Source: Candidatus Omnitrophota bacterium
GTDB taxonomy: Bacteria > Omnitrophota > Gorgyraeia > Duberdicusellales > 4484-171
Reading direction: 5' to 3'
Assembly (NCBI GenBank): GCA_043823745.1
Contig: JBDRAN010000005.1
Span: forward strand, 4,459 to 68,458
DNA: 64,000 nt
The notes under the pieces are model-generated. The model was given only the letters and a program-made list of their open reading frames with translations, did no database searches and had not been told where the DNA came from. Shown here piece by piece: positions 59,797 through 64,000 of the stretch; position 1 is the stretch's first letter, and every line of letters begins with the position of its first letter. Position numbers and translations under genes: made by a program.

Positions 59797-60337
59797 TCTT
59801 CCTGTATATTAAAAGCAACGTCTGGCCGTATTGCTTACGGGTAATCAGAGAAAAAGCCTTGCTCTCCTTAAGAAAATCGTCTTTATAGTAACAAAACCCT
59901 ACCAGATAACCAAAGGGGGTTACTATATCATACTCCTCCAGGCTTTGCAAGATTTTTCTCAAAAGCCCTTGATAGTACGGGGGATCAAGAAAAATAAGGT
60001 CAAAATGCTGACCTGCCGCGGCAAAATCCTTTACTGCGCTTGCCGCATCCTTTATAAACACGCTCGCCTGGCCGATGATTGAAAGGATCTTAAGATTGCG
60101 CCGCAGGGCTTCAATGGAAGGCCTTTGCACGTCCACAAATACGGCGGATTGCGCTCCTGACGATAACGCTTCAATGCCCAGGGCACCGCTTCCTGCGAAA
60201 AGATCAAGCACCCGTCTGCCGGATACCTCCTGACTTAAAATATCAAAGCAGGCCTTCCTAACAAGAACGGACACCGGCCGGATATCACGCGGCGCAACCA
60301 GATTCCTACCCTTGTATTCTCCTCGAAGGATCCTCAT
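59765..60337 (-). CDS. rsmD: 16S rRNA m2G966 methyltransferase
   Basis: LDLFAGSG, DPPY. Confidence 0.93.
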   Translation of the reverse strand: MRILRGEYKGRNLVAPRDIRPVSVLVRKACFDILSQEVSGRRVLDLFAGSGALGIEALSSGAQSAVFVDVQRPSIEALRRNLKILSIIGQASVFIKDAASAVKDFAAAGQHFDLIFLDPPYYQGLLRKILQSLEEYDIVTPFGYLVGFCYYKDDFLKESKAFSLITRKQYGQTLLLIYRKNETSDLSRYL

Positions 60338-60389
60338 AATAGTATATACGACTGCCCGCTCAACTCTACTCGGGATATTCTGAACGTTA

Positions 60390-60538
60390 TACGTCTAACG
60401 GTTGCGCAACTCGTTACGTCATTGACACAAAAGGTTGCGTCAAAAAATGCCTTAAAAATAAAGCTGGTTGACGCTTAGCATAACCCCTGTCTGCGACAGA
60501 CAAAAACACGAGCCTCGCAACCCCAACCGATAGACGTA
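60390..60538. repeat. About 150-bp element bounded by 15-bp inverted repeats
   Basis: TACGTCTAACGGTTG ... CAACCGATAGACGTA (1 mismatch). Confidence 0.6.
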
Positions 60539-60621
60539 GCTCGATACAAGCTATTGTAAAAACAAAGGGCGTGACCCCTATGTTGTACCAATATCATGGC
60601 AAGCGTTAGGATGACTCTCAA

Positions 60622-62706
60622 TTAATGCCTGCTTTTTAAAGCCTCTTCTTCCTGCTGGGCTTTAAACCAAAAATCAAGATGTTCGCGTATCATCCGGTGC
60701 CCCGCTTCGCGTAAATCCGGATCACGCTTTATTATGTTGTAAGCATTGACGCGCGCGGCGGCAAGCAATTCCATATCCCGTAAGGGATTGGCAATTTTAA
60801 GTGCCGGGAGGCCATGCTGGAGCTGCCCAAAGAAATCACCCGGCCCGCGTAGCTTTAGGTCCTCCTCGGCAATGACAAAACCGTCGCTGGTCTTCACGAT
60901 AATCGAGAGGCGCGTCTCTATTTCTTCAGACAGTTGGTCCGCGCTGATCAGAATAAAATACGGCTTGAAACTCGAGCGCCTGATCCTGCCGCGTAATTGG
61001 TGTAACTGAGCAAGGCCGAAACGTTCGGGGTTCTCGACAATCATCACGGTAGCATTTTCCACGTTGACGCCGACCTCGACCACGGTCGTAGAAACTAACA
61101 TATCAATTTTTTTTGCGCGAAAACGTTCGATGACCGCAAGTTTCTCTTCTGCTTTCAGACGGCCATGGAACATACCCAGACGATACGAAGAAAATTTCTT
61201 CTTAAGTTTGACAAACATCTCTTCAAGTGATTTCACCTCATCAAGCTCACTTTCCTCGATCACCGGATAAATAATATAAGCCTGTCTTCCTTCGGCGAGC
61301 CTGCTCGCTAAAAACGCATACATCCAGGAACGTTTTTTCTCGCGCAACCAGAGCGTCTCGGGGCTTTGCCGCGCCTGAGGAAGAGCATCGATCACCGAAA
61401 GGTCAAGGTCACCATACAGCGAAAGCGCCAGGCTGCGGGGAATCGGCGTTGCGCTCATAACAAGATAATGCGGATTTTTTCCTTTTTGGGGAAGCATCGC
61501 CCGCTGGGCGACGCCGAACTTATGCTGTTCGTCAATAACGACAAGGCCAAGTTTAGAAAACCTGACTTCTTCCTGAATAAGCGCGTGCGTTCCCACCACA
61601 ATACTAATCGCCCCGCTCTTTATTCCAGCCTGAACCTCGGCAATGCGCGTATTTTTAAGCGAAGAAACAAGCAACCCGGCCCGATAGGGCATACCTTTAA
61701 AAATCTCTGAAAGCGTTTGGACATGCTGATAGGCAAGCACCTCAGTCGGCACCATGAAAGCAGCCTGAAACCCCGCGTCCACGCACGCAGCGAGCGCAAA
61801 TGCCGCAACCACGGTTTTACCTGAACCGACATCACCCTGCAGGAGCCTGTGCATAGGATATGGCTTTGCCAGGTCCGCGAAGATCTGGGTAAGAACCGTA
61901 TCCTGAGCAGCCGTTAACGTAAACGGGAAATTCCTTTTGATCTGCACAAAGGACCGGGGCGCAAGCTTAAGCACAGCTGCCTCCTGCATCCGCGTTTTTG
62001 CCTTGCGTAGATACACAAGGATTTGTGAAAAAAACAACTCCTCAAAAATAAAACGCTCGCGGGCACGCTCGGCATCGGCAAGGGCCCCCGGAAAATGAAT
62101 CGCCTCAAGGCTCTGGGCAATATTGGAAAGATTACGCTCCCGGCGAATGTCAAACGGCAAAGGGTCGGCCACCTTTGTTTTGTATTGGCCAAGGACGTCA
62201 AAGATGATTTTACGCAAAAACTTCTGCGTTAGGGGTGGGCTTGTGTGATACACCCCTACGATGCGCCCGATATTAAGCGAACCTTCACCTTCTTCGATCA
62301 TCTCAAATTCAGGCGCGATAAATTTTAGATTTCCGTCGTAACGACGGGGTTTTCCGTAAATGATAAGCTCGCTATCCGCCTTGATGATATCCGCAAGATA
62401 GCCCTGGTTAAACCAGGTGCAACGTATCGTGGCGCTGGCGTCACTGACTGCAATTTCGTATATGTTTTTCACACGCGAGCGCCTGAAGTAAGGCATTTTT
62501 TTAAGATGCCGCGCCATAACGCGTGCCCTGATAACCGCGTACTCTCCTTCGATAAGGTCCTTGATTGTTTTAAAATTCGTTCTATCTTCATATCGGAACG
62601 GGTAATAACGCAAGAAGTCAGCCGGACCATTAATACCCAGACGCTTGAACACTTCTTCTTTTCTTGGCCCAACGCCTTTTAAATAACGTAATGATTGAAC
62701 TTCCAT
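60622..62706 (-). CDS. recG: ATP-dependent DNA helicase RecG
   Basis: QGDVGSGKT, DEQH, SATPIPR, QLRGR. Confidence 0.96.
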   Translation of the reverse strand: MEVQSLRYLKGVGPRKEEVFKRLGINGPADFLRYYPFRYEDRTNFKTIKDLIEGEYAVIRARVMARHLKKMPYFRRSRVKNIYEIAVSDASATIRCTWFNQGYLADIIKADSELIIYGKPRRYDGNLKFIAPEFEMIEEGEGSLNIGRIVGVYHTSPPLTQKFLRKIIFDVLGQYKTKVADPLPFDIRRERNLSNIAQSLEAIHFPGALADAERARERFIFEELFFSQILVYLRKAKTRMQEAAVLKLAPRSFVQIKRNFPFTLTAAQDTVLTQIFADLAKPYPMHRLLQGDVGSGKTVVAAFALAACVDAGFQAAFMVPTEVLAYQHVQTLSEIFKGMPYRAGLLVSSLKNTRIAEVQAGIKSGAISIVVGTHALIQEEVRFSKLGLVVIDEQHKFGVAQRAMLPQKGKNPHYLVMSATPIPRSLALSLYGDLDLSVIDALPQARQSPETLWLREKKRSWMYAFLASRLAEGRQAYIIYPVIEESELDEVKSLEEMFVKLKKKFSSYRLGMFHGRLKAEEKLAVIERFRAKKIDMLVSTTVVEVGVNVENATVMIVENPERFGLAQLHQLRGRIRRSSFKPYFILISADQLSEEIETRLSIIVKTSDGFVIAEEDLKLRGPGDFFGQLQHGLPALKIANPLRDMELLAAARVNAYNIIKRDPDLREAGHRMIREHLDFWFKAQQEEEALKSRH

Positions 62707-62782
62707 GGTATGTCTTTAATATTTATTTTAGCTCTTAAGCTGATGAGCTCATGAGCTGACGAGCTTCTACTATTTGCTATCT

Positions 62783-63796
62783 CTATATGTTTGTCTTTAT
62801 CGTGGTGCCGTTCACCTCAAAGATCTCACCCAAGAATTGTTCACAAACCCAAATGTTGGTCAGTATGTGCTCGCTTATTGCCGATGTTGTGATCTGGCCG
62901 CCGACAAAGGCAAGATAAGGTATAAGATTGTCCGCGGCGTGAACGTCGCAACAGGCAGTGCTCTGGAACGTAGCCAGCAACGCGACTGCGGCATCTTTGC
63001 CGACATCCTCTGCTTTTTTTGAAATCTCGCCCAACCCGTCAGCCCACAGCCGGCTTCCATCAACAAAAGTAGCGCACAATTGGATTTCCGAACCAACGGA
63101 AAGTGTATCGCAATAATGCTCCTCCTCTTCCAGGATAAGCGGGACTTTCATATTATCTTTTAAAAAATCACTGGCAGCAAGCGATTGGCGCTCGGCAACC
63201 CTGCGATCTTTAAGTGTTTCGGAAGCAAAACTTGTAATTTTTATCTCTTCAAGAGCTTGACGCTCAAGCAGCTCAATACGGGTAAGTGCGAATTTCTTAA
63301 ACGACACCGAGACGCTGCCTCCTCCTTGCGGGTAGTAACCGCGGCGGGTAACCTGCACGTCGGCTTTTATAGAGGCAAACGGAAAGATTATCTGCGGATA
63401 AAATTCAACGGGCGGCGCCCATTTTCCGGCTGTACCTCCATGTATCTGGAGCGTTATCGGCGCATGAAGAAAACAGAGCGCCGGCGCAAGTGCCTGTATG
63501 ATCAAACCGATAGATGCCGCGGTCTTGCCGGCGATAACGACGTGTTCGCAGGTTACCTCCTGGCGCGGATAAAAGATAATCTGGCAAGAGCCAAGCCTGT
63601 CACCTTCGCAGGTTGCGCCAAAAATATTCTTAAACGCCTCGATGCCGCGCAGGTGCTGTTCGGCAAGGCCGGGATTTTTTCGGGCTTTACGGATATTGGT
63701 GATCATAACCGGTTGGCTGAGAATCGTTGAAAGCGCCAGCGTTGTCCGTACGATTTGCCCCCCGCCCTCACCGTAACTGCCGTCAATGGTAAGCAT
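62783..63796 (-). CDS. rtcA: RNA 3'-terminal phosphate cyclase
   Basis: DGSYGEGGGQ, RGYYPQGGG, DVHAADN. Confidence 0.9.
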   Translation of the reverse strand: MLTIDGSYGEGGGQIVRTTLALSTILSQPVMITNIRKARKNPGLAEQHLRGIEAFKNIFGATCEGDRLGSCQIIFYPRQEVTCEHVVIAGKTAASIGLIIQALAPALCFLHAPITLQIHGGTAGKWAPPVEFYPQIIFPFASIKADVQVTRRGYYPQGGGSVSVSFKKFALTRIELLERQALEEIKITSFASETLKDRRVAERQSLAASDFLKDNMKVPLILEEEEHYCDTLSVGSEIQLCATFVDGSRLWADGLGEISKKAEDVGKDAAVALLATFQSTACCDVHAADNLIPYLAFVGGQITTSAISEHILTNIWVCEQFLGEIFEVNGTTIKTNI

Positions 63797-64000
63797 AATA
63801 AAATATATTGTAATCGATATTGCTTATTTGGCGAGAGTTTTTTGCAGCATCATGAGCATATTCAACAAAACCCGCACCCAGAGGCTACGTTGGCGATAAC
63901 CGGTTTACACGAGCTTCTATCGCTATCGAAAATGACTACTAGCATATCTCCTTAAAAAATCCGAGCAGCGCCTCCCAGGATCTCTTGTCAGCTTTTTCGT

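Overview
Bacterial chromosomal window in which nearly all housekeeping genes lie on the minus strand. Gene content and style suggest an uncultured anaerobe such as Candidatus Omnitrophota (inference only). It contains: a glutamate synthase/NfnAB region with an ANTAR-like attenuator; glycolipid genes; a two-HD-GYP signalling module; a dcw cluster (mraZ to ftsQ and a degenerate ftsA, with no ftsZ downstream); ribF-truB-nrnA-rbfA; cca-xerD; asd-leuBDC; the fab-plsX-rpmF cluster; coaD-rsmD; recG; and rtcA. The main accessory feature is an AT-rich plus-strand island (~42990-47900) between asd and truA. It is an integron gene-cassette array with four intact attC sites and one eroded one, perfect core-site hand-off between cassettes, and a candidate Pc promoter and attI site, but no integron integrase in the window. 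The second theme is small palindromic or short-repeat elements, some inserted in frame inside core enzymes (Asd, LeuC). All protein calls come from recognising motifs by eye; no searches were run.
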